Below the pieces are notes generated by a model. The model saw only the letters and a program-made list of their open reading frames with translations. It searched no databases and was not told where the DNA came from. DNA of 47,649 nucleotides, taken from Sarea resinae (Eukaryota). Both the position numbers and the translations under genes were made by a program. This document shows positions 11,331 through 22,996 of the stretch, piece after piece (position 1 is the first letter of the stretch; each line of letters starts with the position of its first letter). The stretch covers positions 558,001-605,649 of the forward strand of contig JAPEUD010000006.1 in the NCBI GenBank assembly GCA_026026165.1. The letters run 5' to 3'.

Positions 11331-12689
11331 CAGGCTCTTTTTGTTTACTTCCACCTTCGACGGACTTTTTTTCCACAAATCCCTCATCTTTCCTCCTGTG
11401 GAGTGAAGCTTTATACCCTTCTATGTACAGCTTTGGCAGCATTGACATCATACTTTGAACAACACTTATACTTTCCAGGCCGGTCGTTGGATATACCCAT
11501 TCTTCTTTTCTAGTGTCCATCTTTTTACCAAGCGTACTCCTTAATGTATATTGACGGCGTCCCGACATCTTGTGTTGTCCATGGAACTTGCGTTGGGTAG
11601 CGGCATTCTGGCATGCTTTTCTGGCGGAGTCTTTCCTTTTTCACTTTCTCCTTTCATACTCAGGCCATAGCGTATGCCTGTTCTTTCTACCTTCTTTTGT
11701 TTGCCCTTCTCTTTCTTCACTTGATTCTATTTTTTTCTTCTTCGCCGTCACTACAACAGTATCCAGGCGCAAAGCTCTGGCTTTCTCCCAATAAAAAGAA
11801 ATGATAAGAAGGTTCATTACGACCCAATGGAAGTTTTGATGCGGTAATTCTTGCATTATTTATCTGTCCACCGATCGAGGTCTTGCCGTTCAGTGTTCCA
11901 TAACCCGCATCCAGGTGTCCGGTACAGTGGCAGCCGATTAAAAGAGCAAGAGGCAAGAAGCAGTGGATAAGTGTCACACGTCATCTGAAGGTCTGTAGGT
12001 GAAGAAACCAAGGGTCTGATTATCTGATACTGTAGCGAGCACGATGTTCGGGATTCACGATGGACATGGGGTGGGGGCAAAGAATGCATCGAATGCGTCA
12101 AATGGATTGCGGGATTTTCCCCGGCATAAATCGTGCTAGAGAGCGATGCATAATCTGGCGGGCAGCGCGAGGGCAGGTTCACATCATCGTTAGCCTTAGA
12201 GCACAGTCTTCTCATGGTCCAGAAGAGAAGGTCGGGGAGTGGAGTCCGTATCAGATGGACGAGAGGTGAGTACGAAGTGTAGTACTTCGTACGTGATGAG
12301 TTGGGGAGGAGCCCCCCTATTCCTGCACCTAGGTACCTAGACCCTTGCTGACAGATGGGTGTCAGTGTCGTAACTGGTAACATCATGGATCCATATGGTC
12401 AGGCTCAGTTAGGGGGTGTCGGGGCTAGTACGGAGCACTCCGTACCTTGGGTAGGTACTCGTCTGCATCTCTGCAAGCGGTATGTACTGAAGTACTTGCA
12501 TCCATTGCTTCATACTTGGTCCTTCGTGCTATGGGGGACGTCTGAATGGTTGCCACGCCATCCAATAGTCCGCCGCGGATGAAACGCCACCGTGTTCGCT
12601 GATGGGGGTTGCGTGAGACTGGAATGGACGGCGACGAGGATGAGTGGCGCCAAGCACGAGCGAGCAGAGGACACTGATAGCCCTGCAGG

Positions 12690-12730
12690 GTGCGTGTGCG
12701 TGTGCGAGTGCGAGTGCGAGTACGTGTGCG
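12690..12730. repeat. (GTGCGT/GTGCGA)n hexamer-like microsatellite
   Basis: gtgcgtgtgcgtgtgcgagtgcgagtgcgagtacgtgtgcg. Confidence 0.8.
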
Positions 12731-14226
12731 GGTGGGCTTCCAATTGCAGGCGACAGAGGCGAGAGGGGGACGGGGGCGAGTGCGACCGACGTGCCTGGAG
12801 AGGTTTAGGGCCCCGCTGTTGCCTGCAGCCTACGGCCACGGTGCGATGAGGACGATGCAGCGGCCACTGACAAGTCCGCACGACCCAGGCGACTTCGTTA
12901 CTCCGTACCTTACGGAGGAGACACGATCAGGTACCGTACCCGCTCCATCTGGCGAGGCGTGACATCCATCCCATTGCAGGTGGTCTAGGCGCCGCCCGGG
13001 AATCCGTAAGCTGCCCTGTCTGTCGCTGCCTGCTCTGTCGCTCCCTCGCTGGGTCGCTGGCGATGCTACCTCGTGCAGCCGTACTCGTCCCTTCTGCCCC
13101 CTCACCGACCCGCGGCAGGGCGACGCGTGTGGTACTTTGGCCGTCCGTACTTTCCCGTTCCCTTCGTCAGGTCCTCATTACCAGGTAGGTAAGGTACCTT
13201 GGGTAGTGAGTAAAGGTATACTCGTAGAGTCGTAGTACTTCGTCCTCAAGGCAGTTCCCGCTTCCACTCACTATTCCGTAGTACTCACGCTTTCACCCAC
13301 TCGCTCACTCCCTCCTCTCCTCTCCATTCCTTTCCCATCACTTCACTTTCACTCTCCTCCAGCCAAGATCCTCCCATCTCTTTTCCCCCTCTCCTCCTCC
13401 TCTTCTTTAATTCTTCATCCCAATTCGCCCTTCCTTTTCTTATTCTGCTCCTGTCGTCAATTAATCCCCGAGCCAGCAACTGATCCGTCGTCCACCGTTT
13501 CGGCCCGAGCGACAAGTGCGCCCTTGCTTTCCCCCCGTCATCTTCATCATCAGCATCGTCTCTCCACAACACATTCCGTCGGGTATTACCTTGTGGTTTG
13601 CTGCGCAAAACGCAAGCTCCGACCGTCTCGAGCCCTCATCATCTATCGGCGTGTCTTCTGCATCAGCTCGTCCCTCCAGTCTTTCACTATCAGCGTCATC
13701 TCGACTTCGTGTTGATTCCCCCTTCTCGTTCAGTACTTTCGCCCTTCGCCTTTCGCTTGTTCCCGATTCACCGTGATCCTCGGCCGCCTCTGTCTTGTGA
13801 ATAGACGCCCGACCACATCCAGACCGCCTTAACACGTCAATCTGGCCGTGAATATTACCTCTGATAACCATAATTGTCTCTCATTGGTGAGGGCACCTTC
13901 GACTTACAAATTTCTCACTGCGAGCACCAAACTTGATCGGATTTCTTCAAACCTCTAATCTCCTAATATCGGCCGATTTCGATTTCTTCTATCGACCTGT
14001 CCACCACATTTGCCCTTTTCAAATATTCATCCAGTCGACGGATCCTTTCTGCGAACCGAGCTCGATCGATTGAGTCTTTACTCTCACTTTCAACCAAAAC
14101 ATTCTTTTCGTCCACTTCTCGATCTTCATCTACAGCTATTCGCTACAGAGCAGGCTGTCATCTCTCATTACGCTGTCCACTCCACTCCAACCATTCCAGC
14201 ATTCCTCCCCATCAGCAGCAATCAAA

Positions 14227-15936
14227 ATGAGTATGGACGCTGGCGGTCTTGCTCAAATGGCTTACAATAGCTTTTCTGCCGACGGTGGCCTCGGCGTTCC
14301 GGGTTCCGGATTCGCCTCACGCGGCAAAGGAGGACACATTAAGAGATTGAGCGTGCCAGCCCAATCCAACAACTCCGCTATCGATCAAGGTCAAGGTAGC
14401 GGTATTGCCGCGCCGCGCACTAGTCGTTCTCATCTGCTAGCCGGTCTGAGGACAGCTCCCAAGTCTCCGATGCCTGGCCCGCCGTCCACGGCTCCGCTCT
14501 CTCAGACTCAGAATCGCTTTGGCTTGCAAGCCAGCAAGTATAGTGACCACGAGGGTGGGGCTTACGGACGCGGAGTACCTCAGACTGCTGCGACCTCCAA
14601 TTTCCCCGGCCGCTCTCAGAGTCAGTATGGCATGAACAACCGTCAGATGTATTCCCTACCCGAGCAGGTTCTTGCTCCGCCGGCTATTCAAGTCAGCAAT
14701 GATCAATACGACGAGAACATGGATCCCAACCTCTATGCAGAGCTGGTTGCGACAAATCTCTACCTAGCCCAACAGCAGCAACGTTTGCAGCAGCAGCTGA
14801 TCAACGTCACCGCTGCCGCTCAACAATTTCAAGGCATGACTTTGGGAAACGGGATGAATGTAGGCCAACAGACTCAGCTCATGTCCCCCAATCAAAACGC
14901 GGGCTTCTATGGTCAACAGCTCCAGGCGGGGATGCAACCTGTGATTCAGATGGTCCCCAATCAGCCAGGCGTCTACTCTGTTTACAATCCAATGACTGGC
15001 CAGCAAGGCTTTTTCGTGGATCCAAACTATCAGCAGTCTCAGCTCTCGGCATCTTCTCCGACGGACACGAATCAGGGACTTAGCTATTCCCCTCCGGTGT
15101 CTGAGACCCCAACTTTCAGAGCTCAAGTCTCTCCTCCGCCACCATCGAACAGTGCGTCTGCAGGACCTAGTCGCAGCGTGTCACCGCCAAAGGCGACCGA
15201 ATCGCCTCAGAACGTGGAGCCACTTCCGCCACCGTCAGCCAATGCTTTCCGTCCCGGTCACAAGAAATCAACTTCGCTAGCCTTGTCTCTTAGTAACAAC
15301 TCTGCATCGCGCAGTGAAGGACCTAAGACGGGTAATCTGAAGTCGGCTGGCTTCAATCCGACACCGGTGAATGGTACATTCGGACCCGGTCAAGGCCGAG
15401 TTGGCGAACACCCTCTGCGACAGCCACGTGGCCCTCCGCCGCTCGAGGAGCTCATGGCGAAGCCGACCACAAAACACGAAGGGAGTAAGAACTTTTCCAC
15501 CCGTCAGCGTCGTCGTGCCGTTCACAGTCTGGTACGTGCTGGCATCGAGCGTCGAGGCGTGCGAGGAAATGGATCCACTGGAAGTGCAGGCAGTATGACT
15601 CCAGTCAGCGAAGCTGAGATTTCCTTCTCGGTCTCATCGGATAATGATTCGGATAGCATCCGCAGTGGCAGTCTCTCTGGCAAACCAAGTATCGGCAGCC
15701 TCCGCGCCGCAGCCAACGGAGCCATCGGATCTGAGAGAAAGGCCTCCCGTGAACGCAGCTCCATCGACAGCACCTTTACAGCTACCAGTATTAGCAGCGA
15801 CGAGGGCATGAATGTTGGCGGGAAACTGCTCGAGGTGAAGGTGGACTCGACTGGCAATTCTCCGACTAGCGAGAGGCGCAAGACTCCCATGTTGGTTCTC
15901 ACTTCAGCCGAGAAGAGGAAGAGTTCCGTTTTCTGA
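14227..15936 (+). CDS. Intronless Gln/Ser/Pro-rich, probably disordered hypothetical protein (569 aa)
   Basis: Long ORF with a strong CAAA-ATG start context. It contains a polyQ-like stretch (LAQQQQRLQQQL) and motifs that look conserved in fungi (PRTSRSHLLAGLRTAPKS, TFGPGQGR..EHPLRQPRGPP..EEL, SKNFSTRQRRRA, LVLTSAEKRK). I recognise no catalytic domain. Confidence 0.85.
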   Translation: MSMDAGGLAQMAYNSFSADGGLGVPGSGFASRGKGGHIKRLSVPAQSNNSAIDQGQGSGIAAPRTSRSHLLAGLRTAPKSPMPGPPSTAPLSQTQNRFGLQASKYSDHEGGAYGRGVPQTAATSNFPGRSQSQYGMNNRQMYSLPEQVLAPPAIQVSNDQYDENMDPNLYAELVATNLYLAQQQQRLQQQLINVTAAAQQFQGMTLGNGMNVGQQTQLMSPNQNAGFYGQQLQAGMQPVIQMVPNQPGVYSVYNPMTGQQGFFVDPNYQQSQLSASSPTDTNQGLSYSPPVSETPTFRAQVSPPPPSNSASAGPSRSVSPPKATESPQNVEPLPPPSANAFRPGHKKSTSLALSLSNNSASRSEGPKTGNLKSAGFNPTPVNGTFGPGQGRVGEHPLRQPRGPPPLEELMAKPTTKHEGSKNFSTRQRRRAVHSLVRAGIERRGVRGNGSTGSAGSMTPVSEAEISFSVSSDNDSDSIRSGSLSGKPSIGSLRAAANGAIGSERKASRERSSIDSTFTATSISSDEGMNVGGKLLEVKVDSTGNSPTSERRKTPMLVLTSAEKRKSSVF

Positions 15937-16758
15937 GGTTTCTATACCAATTGCAAAGACCCGAGGGATTCCATTTGGTGATGGCAGTGGTTTGTAATCA
16001 GCACTCTTGGGTAGATCTCAAGAGTGACTGGATACATGGATTACTCAATTAATGACGGTCGAGCGGTTGTTCATATTTGTTTTCACTTCATCATGCCTCT
16101 TATACGAATTCACTCTCTACCTTATGTTTTTCCTTTACTATTCTCTTCTGAGGCACCGGCCATTGCGCTTGCCTGGTATTATCTTTTCGGAGAGAGCTGC
16201 ACGGGTTCATGCTACGAGTAAATAGTACTTTAGCGGAGTTATGGGTGCATATTTGACATTACTGTGCAGTCTGTGTAGAAGTAAATCTGCCGTTCCGGGT
16301 GTACCTTGATCGTACAATTAATCTTGTCAACCAAATGCCGACGGTCCAATGCGTCAAGAGATGGAGGAATATGTAAAACCACCCAGTGAATCGCACAAAA
16401 TGTTTCCCTTGACCTAAGCTACTTTGGCACCATTCGGCTCACCATCTGTGTCAAATTGACCTCTCTTGAATGTACTTTCGTATTAGTCTTTCATAGAGAC
16501 GAGTAGAGGTGTTTTGGATGTAGCAATTAAAGAGGGCAGTAGGTAACTTGGAAAAATAATCTAGAATCTGGCTAGGAGCAGTGATGGTCTGGAGTAAACA
16601 TCGGCATCAGCGGCGGGGTGTCCTTTGCAGCTTTGAAAGTATAAGCGACAGCGGCAGCTTTTGCCGAGGCCGCCTTGAGAAGCCACGAAGCTACAGGTAT
16701 CAGATCAATATCACCAAACAACGATCACCGATCACCATCCCACAGACAAACAGACAAG

Positions 16759-18130
16759 ATGGATCCATTTTCGACAGAAGGAGGTCGGACTACACCGTTC
16801 CCCACCCCCCAGAAGAGTGTTGCAGCTGACTTGCCCCACAGAGCTCCTAAACATCCATAATGCCTTCCACCAGGGCCAATACCAAGACGTGATTGACTTC
16901 GACACCAGCGCCCTCTCCGCCGAAAACAAACTCGCTGCCCGCGTACTCCAATTGCGCGCCCAGATCGCCTCGGGGCTCGCCGAGGAGGCCATCGCGGATG
17001 TGGAGGGCGAGGAGAATACGGCAGACCTAGCGGCTGTCAAGGCGCTGGCGCAGTACGCGGCCGGGGATTCCGAGGGGGCCGTCAGCGCGGCCGAGGGCCT
17101 GGCCGGGAAGTTTGGAGAGAACGCCACCGTGCAAGTGCTGGCGGGGACGGTATTGCAGGCTGCGGGGAAGAGCGAGGAGGCGTTGGCGTTGCTGGCGAAG
17201 CACCAGGGGAGTCTGGAAGCGTATGGACAATCCCTCCTTATGCGTTACGTGGCCGGCGTATCATCACTGCTATCCTTGGATCATGCCCGTATCTGTCTTG
17301 CGGACTGGATGCTGATTCAGTGATAATCTTTACAGAGTTGCATTGATCGTGCAGATTCATCTTCAGCAGAACCGGACCGACCTCGCCGTCAAGGAGGTCC
17401 AGGCCGCACGCCGCTGGGCACAGGATAGCTTACTGGTCAACCTCGCCGAGTCGTGGGTGGGCTTGCGTGTGGTATGTCAACTCATATTCTACCGCCCTTC
17501 GTCGCACCCGCTCCTTTGAAAAAGGGGGCCGCGCACACTCTTGATTCGCTAGCTATTCTCCTATCCACCCCACCTCCTTACTATGTCTGACAGCACTGTA
17601 TGGCCACGACTAACGCGCGCATGTCATTCAACAGGGTGGAGAGCGTTACCAACAAGCCTTCTATGTCTTCGAAGAACTGGCCCAAGCGCCCTCGACCTCG
17701 TCGACGAAAAGTCTCGTCGGACAAGCCGTCGCAGAACTGCACCTTGGACGGCTGCCAGAGGCCGAGGCTGCTCTGCAACAGGCGATGCAGAAGGATCCCA
17801 AAAACGCCGATGTCATTGCCAATTCGATCGTGCTGTCTGCGATTTCGGGCGTCAAGGACAGCGAGACCCAGGCCTTGATTGAGTATGCTTGCTTGCTTGC
17901 CCGTTTCCATTGTAGCGTTTGGCTCCTTATCTGGGCATATCCTTTCGAACAGATTACGAATGAGACATTACAAATGAGACATGGATCGCTGACTGATTTT
18001 CGCTTTGCTTTGCGCTGATAGGTCCCTCAAGTCGACCGCTCCAGACCACATCTTCCTGACCGACCTGGCGGAAAAGAGCAATCTCTTCGACAAAGCGGCC
18101 GCGAAGTATTCCGCCAAAGCCGTCGCGTGA
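16759..18130 (+). CDS. SEC28: Coatomer (COPI) epsilon subunit (298 aa)
   Basis: Exons 16759-16783, 16842-17220, 17336-17471, 17635-17882 and 18022-18130. The product MDPFSTEGELLNIHNAFHQGQY...LEAVALIVQIHLQQNRTDLAVKE...QDSLLVNLAESWVGLRVGGERYQQAFYVFEEL...FDKAAAKY has the typical epsilon-COP TPR-like sequence. Confidence 0.95.
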
Positions 18131-18165
18131 AAGAAATCACCTCTGAACCGAAAACCGAAGGATAT

Positions 18166-18820
18166 ATGTGTGTGTGTGTGTATTGTCATGCTGCTTGTTC
18201 CGTGGTTTCAGTCGCCGAGAAGGGGGGGAGAGAAGATATCTTGGCATGGCATGGCATGGCATGGCAACGTCTTTCTTTGTGTTCCCGGCGCTGCAACCCG
18301 CTAGAGGGACTTGGCTGACTGACTCTGTTTTCTGTTTTCCTTGTCCTGGGCTGTTGTTCTTTTTTTCTTTTTTCTTTTTTTTTTTTTCCTACTTTCTTTT
18401 CTACTTTTTTTTCTACTTTTTGTTCTGTTTCTTAAAAGGCTATGTATGTATGTATGTGTGTGTGCATGCGACGAGCGAATTATTTCCAAAATAGGCATTA
18501 GAGAGGTCGTCTCAGATGAGTCTCAGATAAGTATGTAGCCACATCGGCGTCTTTTCCGGTTCCGTCCCGTCTCGAACCACTTTCGACGTTACCTACCTAC
18601 CTACCTACCTACCTACCTACCTACCTACATATCCCATTCACGCCCTTCACTTCACTTCGCTTCCATCAATCGATATGTCAGTCCATCTGTATGGTTTAGG
18701 TATCTGGCTACCTTATCCAGGGCCCCGCTCAGATCTAGTACTCTACTTGCGCGAAGAGAGCAAAAAGGAAGATTGGGCTGGGCTGGGGCTGGGGCTGGGG
18801 CTGGGGCTCGGGCTCGGGCA
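18166..18820. repeat. Microsatellite cluster downstream of SEC28
   Basis: (TG)n at ~18167, (TGGCA)5 at ~18242-18266, a T-rich tract at ~18356-18421, (TATG)n at ~18441, (ACCT)n at ~18590-18628 and (GGGGCT)n at ~18775-18818. Confidence 0.9.
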
Positions 18821-20950
18821 CAGACAAACAGATAGACTTGGTGTTTGGTGTTGGTGGGTGGTGTTTACTAAGGTAATGGAGGTGGCAGAGGTGGTTGAGT
18901 CCGGTGGCAACTACCTTGCCTCCTTTATCAAATTAAAGCGTTTCAGTTTTGAGATGGGATATTGCATTCAATAAATAAGAGGTAGGAGTCTGATGCCTAT
19001 GGGGTTGCGGGCTCGATCTTCCACGGCTTGTACGTAGTAGAGGGGGTCGTTGGATTGTGGGACTGTGGGGATGGATTGGGTTGGGCGGCGAGGATGTCGA
19101 GCTGCGGGGAAAAGAAGGTGGGGGGAGGTGGAGGATGTGGTTTCTGAATACCTACCTCAGAGTACATGTCTGGGGGTTGGTTAGAAGCGTTGAACTTTGA
19201 ACGTGCTTCGTGTTTTGTGCCTGATTTGATGTCTCATGTCTTACGCCTCATGGCAGGCTGATTGACCGACTCTCTCGCTGCTGACGGGAAGTAGGACAAA
19301 CTGTAGGAGGACAAAACCTTCGGTCTTTCTGACGTCTGTGATTCCGGATAGTGGTTGTACCATATGGGAATGGTTCCATGGTCTGGGTATAACTAATTGT
19401 CGTTGTTTACTCCAGGGTCTGATTTACTAATGTAGAGCTGTAGACGGACGGGTCGAGTCCTATTGATATGGATCATGGGAGGGATGAATGAATGCCCTTC
19501 CTCTCTACCGCGCAGTACGAAGTACAGCTTCGTGATAGCTGGAGATCGAGTACGGCACGAGGTCAGGTACGAGGTATCTTGGTACCGGCCTATCGCGCAG
19601 GAAAGGCCCTCAGCCCTCGCGCGCAGGTGACCCTTATACCTTACTGTGCAGTACTGCGGAGAGTTGCATGCGAGGCGCTGACGTCGGCGGGAAGACGATG
19701 GAAACCTGAGCACCAAGGACGGATGCTCGAATCAGGAATGGTTATGCACTTTCTGATTGCAGCCCGGGTCCACCGATGAAGAAGCCAATCCTACCGACGA
19801 CGATGATGAGGGTTGTGGCCAGAGACATGGCGATGACCTGCTTTCTGACGTACTCAAGGCCAAAAGAAAAAGGGTCTGGGCCATCCAATAGAGTATGGAT
19901 CGTTACCGTGCCTACGCTGTACTCTTTGCGGCAAAGCCGATGGATTGGCTAAAGGATAAAGTTGTCGTTCTCCTGAGTTCAGGCTCGCTGATCTTCGAGC
20001 ACCACAACACGTCTCCAATTTTCTTTTCAGCAGTGATGGATTGTTTTACAGCCTGCGATTTCACGGCTCTCCCGTACAGGACCAGTCATCAATACTCGAA
20101 ACTACGGCGAAAGTGCAGGTCGGCCAGGTCGTTGGTGGGGTGGATCAGGACAATCGGGGGCTTATCTTCGGGAGTTGGTTGTCCCCATTGGCACCAAGAA
20201 GGAAAAGGAAAGTCCGGGAAGCGAGCATGCACGAAAAAGCTTTCAAGCCGCCTGTTAGCGCCCTTCCCCTTCACGCTTGCTCGCAGCCAATGTGAGAGGC
20301 TCCAGAGGCTCGGCCCAGACCACGGAGACCGAGAAGACGACGGAGACCCCTCCATCTTGGCCGGCCGCCTCTGGCCCTGCCCCACCATGAATCCCATCAG
20401 GCGAATGAGGAGCGCAGATTCGTCGACTCTGGACTCCGGAATACTCGACTCGAGCAGACACTTTCGGACGGCACGAGGCTTTACGGAGTAGAGTATGAAA
20501 TAGAACACGCGGACGACTAGCAGAGACCGCGTACCTCGTCGCGAGAGAGCTGGCCAATGATCTAGGACGACGAGGCAGTGGGCCTCGCCTCCAGCGCTCG
20601 TCGATCATGACGGAGCCTCTCGCCCCTGTTTCTGGCACTTTCTCGACCGTCGGAGCGGTAGCATCGGCGGCAGCAAAAGCGGTAATGCTACATCGCTTTC
20701 TCATATGCACAATGCCATCCCACCCACAGAGTACTAGAGTACTGAAGTATGGAAGGTGCCTGACATCGATTTCGATGAGGATTGTCATGACGGCACCTGT
20801 CGAATACTACCTTACCCTACCGTACAGACCGCCGAACCGCGCTCCCCATCGTGAATTCAATACAGCCCACCTTGATGATGTCAAAAAAGCGTAGGCTTCC
20901 ACACTAAAATGGCCAAGGCTGAGGTCTACTACCTACCTTACTCAAGCACT

Positions 20951-20957
20951 TATAAAA
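20951..20957 (+). promoter_or_regulatory. Putative TATA box of the HAD phosphatase gene
   Basis: TATAAAA followed by a pyrimidine-rich tract, about 170 nt before the ATG at 21120. Confidence 0.5.
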
Positions 20958-21119
20958 GATCCTCCCCCTTCTCTCTCAGGGACTTCCTTTTGCCACCAAA
21001 AATCTGCAGTTCTTTGTCTTCGAACGATTGAGCGCCATATCTAGAAACTAGAAACTGTATACAACTTGTGCACGCCTTCCCATCACTATTGTCCAACCCC
21101 GGAGAAACCTTTTGACGAG

Positions 21120-22242
21120 ATGGCACCCTCTGCAGTTACGCCTCCCGCCGTGGAGAGCAAGTCCAACAACTACTTGACCAGCAATCTCAAAGTCCCCAAG
21201 CCCACCCTACACCGAAGAAATACAGGCAATGTTGGCACGAAGCGAAAGATCATCTGCTTCTCCGGTGAGCTCCTCTCTTTGCCACTTTTGTCTTGATTGG
21301 CCCCGAGTGCTCACTGTCGCGCAGATTTCGACGGCACCATCTTCATGCAGGATACTGGCCATGTCTTGTTCGACAACCATGGCTGTGGTGCGGAGCGTCG
21401 ACAAGCCCTCGACGAACAGATCAAATCCGGCGAACGCTCGTTTCGAGATGTCTCGGAAGAGATGTGGGGATCGCTCAAGGTCCCCTTTGATGATGGCTTT
21501 GATGTTATGAAGCAGGTTCTGGAGATCGACCCGGACTTTAAGCAATTTCACGAATTTTGCATCAACAACTCGATCCCATTCAATGTCATCTCTGCTGGTT
21601 TGAAGCCTATTCTGAGAAAGGTGCTAGATCAATTTCTGGGCGAAGAGAAGGTCAGTCACTTTCGACGGGATCCGGGAAAACTCTTTTGCTGACTTGATCT
21701 AGTCTGCACATATCGAGATCGTCGCCAATGACGCGGAAATCAAGGAGGACGGTTCGGAGTGGAAGCCCGTCTGGCGCCATGACTGCGAACTCGGCCACGA
21801 TAAAGCCGCCTCAATCAACGAGTATCGCGCCACCGCTAGGAATGAAAGCGCAAACGGCACAATCCCCATGATCATCTTCATCGGTGACGGGGTTTCCGAC
21901 CTTCCTGCTGCTCGCGAAGCCGACGTCCTCTTCGCCCGCAGGGGGCTTCGTCTCGAAGAGTACTGCATCGAGCACAAGCTCCCCCACATCCCCTTCGACA
22001 CCTTCGCCGACATCCAAGACGAAGTCTCCAAGATCATGAAGGAGGATGAGGCCAAGACGGCTGGCCAGGGCCTTCCGTCGAACTTCAACCCCAGGGCCAA
22101 CTTGTGGAGACGCGTTTCGAGCAAGCAGTCCGTGCCGCTCTATGTCGCTGCCACGCCAAAAGAAGAGAAGATGTTCCTCTGGCCCGAACAGTTTTCGCAA
22201 TACAATCCCCGAGACGGCCCTCCTGTCATTGCTGAGGCATAG
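21120..22242 (+). CDS. HAD-superfamily phosphatase, MtnX-like / yeast YNL010W (Pyp1 polyol-phosphate phosphatase)-like (336 aa)
   Basis: Exons 21120-21264, 21325-21650 and 21703-22242. HAD motif I is FSDFDGTI (split by intron 1), motif II is VISAG, the motif III Lys is in GHDK and motif IV is FIGDGVSDLPAA. Substrate assignment is uncertain. Confidence 0.88.
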
Positions 22243-22996
22243 GCCACATCTTACGTGGCTGTCCTCAGCATCTTCTATTGCTATAGCATCAAGTGGTCGT
22301 TTAGGCGTTGGAACGTTGGTTATCTCTGATGGGACTTCTTTGCATAGCGGTCTGGTCTAGGTTGGATATTGAAGGTGCGAGATGATTTAGATCATGATAA
22401 CGCCGGCAATTCTTAATGTGACTTTCATTGCTGCAGTATGCAAGCAGCATTGTATGTATTAGAATCAATCAATTAGAATTCATCAACATCCGTGGACTCT
22501 CAAGTATCGCACATCTGGCTTCGTCTCGTGATTTGATGCATGTATGATTATGCTGCAAATAGATTCATGAAACTGAAGATGCACCATCCGCTCCTCAGAT
22601 GGCGTAGCCGATTTGCGCCGACTCGCGGAACCTGTCGCTGCCTATCCATCTAATCAATCGATCTGAGCCCCTCGACTCCGCAAATGCTGTGCCGGAATAT
22701 TACATACACACTTTGTCTCGGTCGAACTTATGGCTACTCATTCCCTACCACTTGTAGTGCCTACCCCTCCGACTCGGACCGTCTATCCTATAAAGGCAGT
22801 CTGAGACTGGTCATGATGGAAGGCAAACAAGTAGATCTCAGTACATTGGGTGCTGGAACGGTACCTCGCCCGGTTGCGGCGATCGATTTCGTAATGTGGG
22901 GTTCTGTGTACACTGGAACGGTTCACCAATAATGCTGAGCTGGTGGGGTTGTAGGTGGTATGCTGCCGATAATCCTCCCCAAGAATATATAGAGCT

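Noticed and set aside
19895..20788. Overlapping ORFs of 198 aa (+), 139 aa (-) and 177 aa (-)
   Set aside because: There is no recognisable domain, codon bias or coherent splice model. This is most likely upstream intergenic DNA of the HAD phosphatase.
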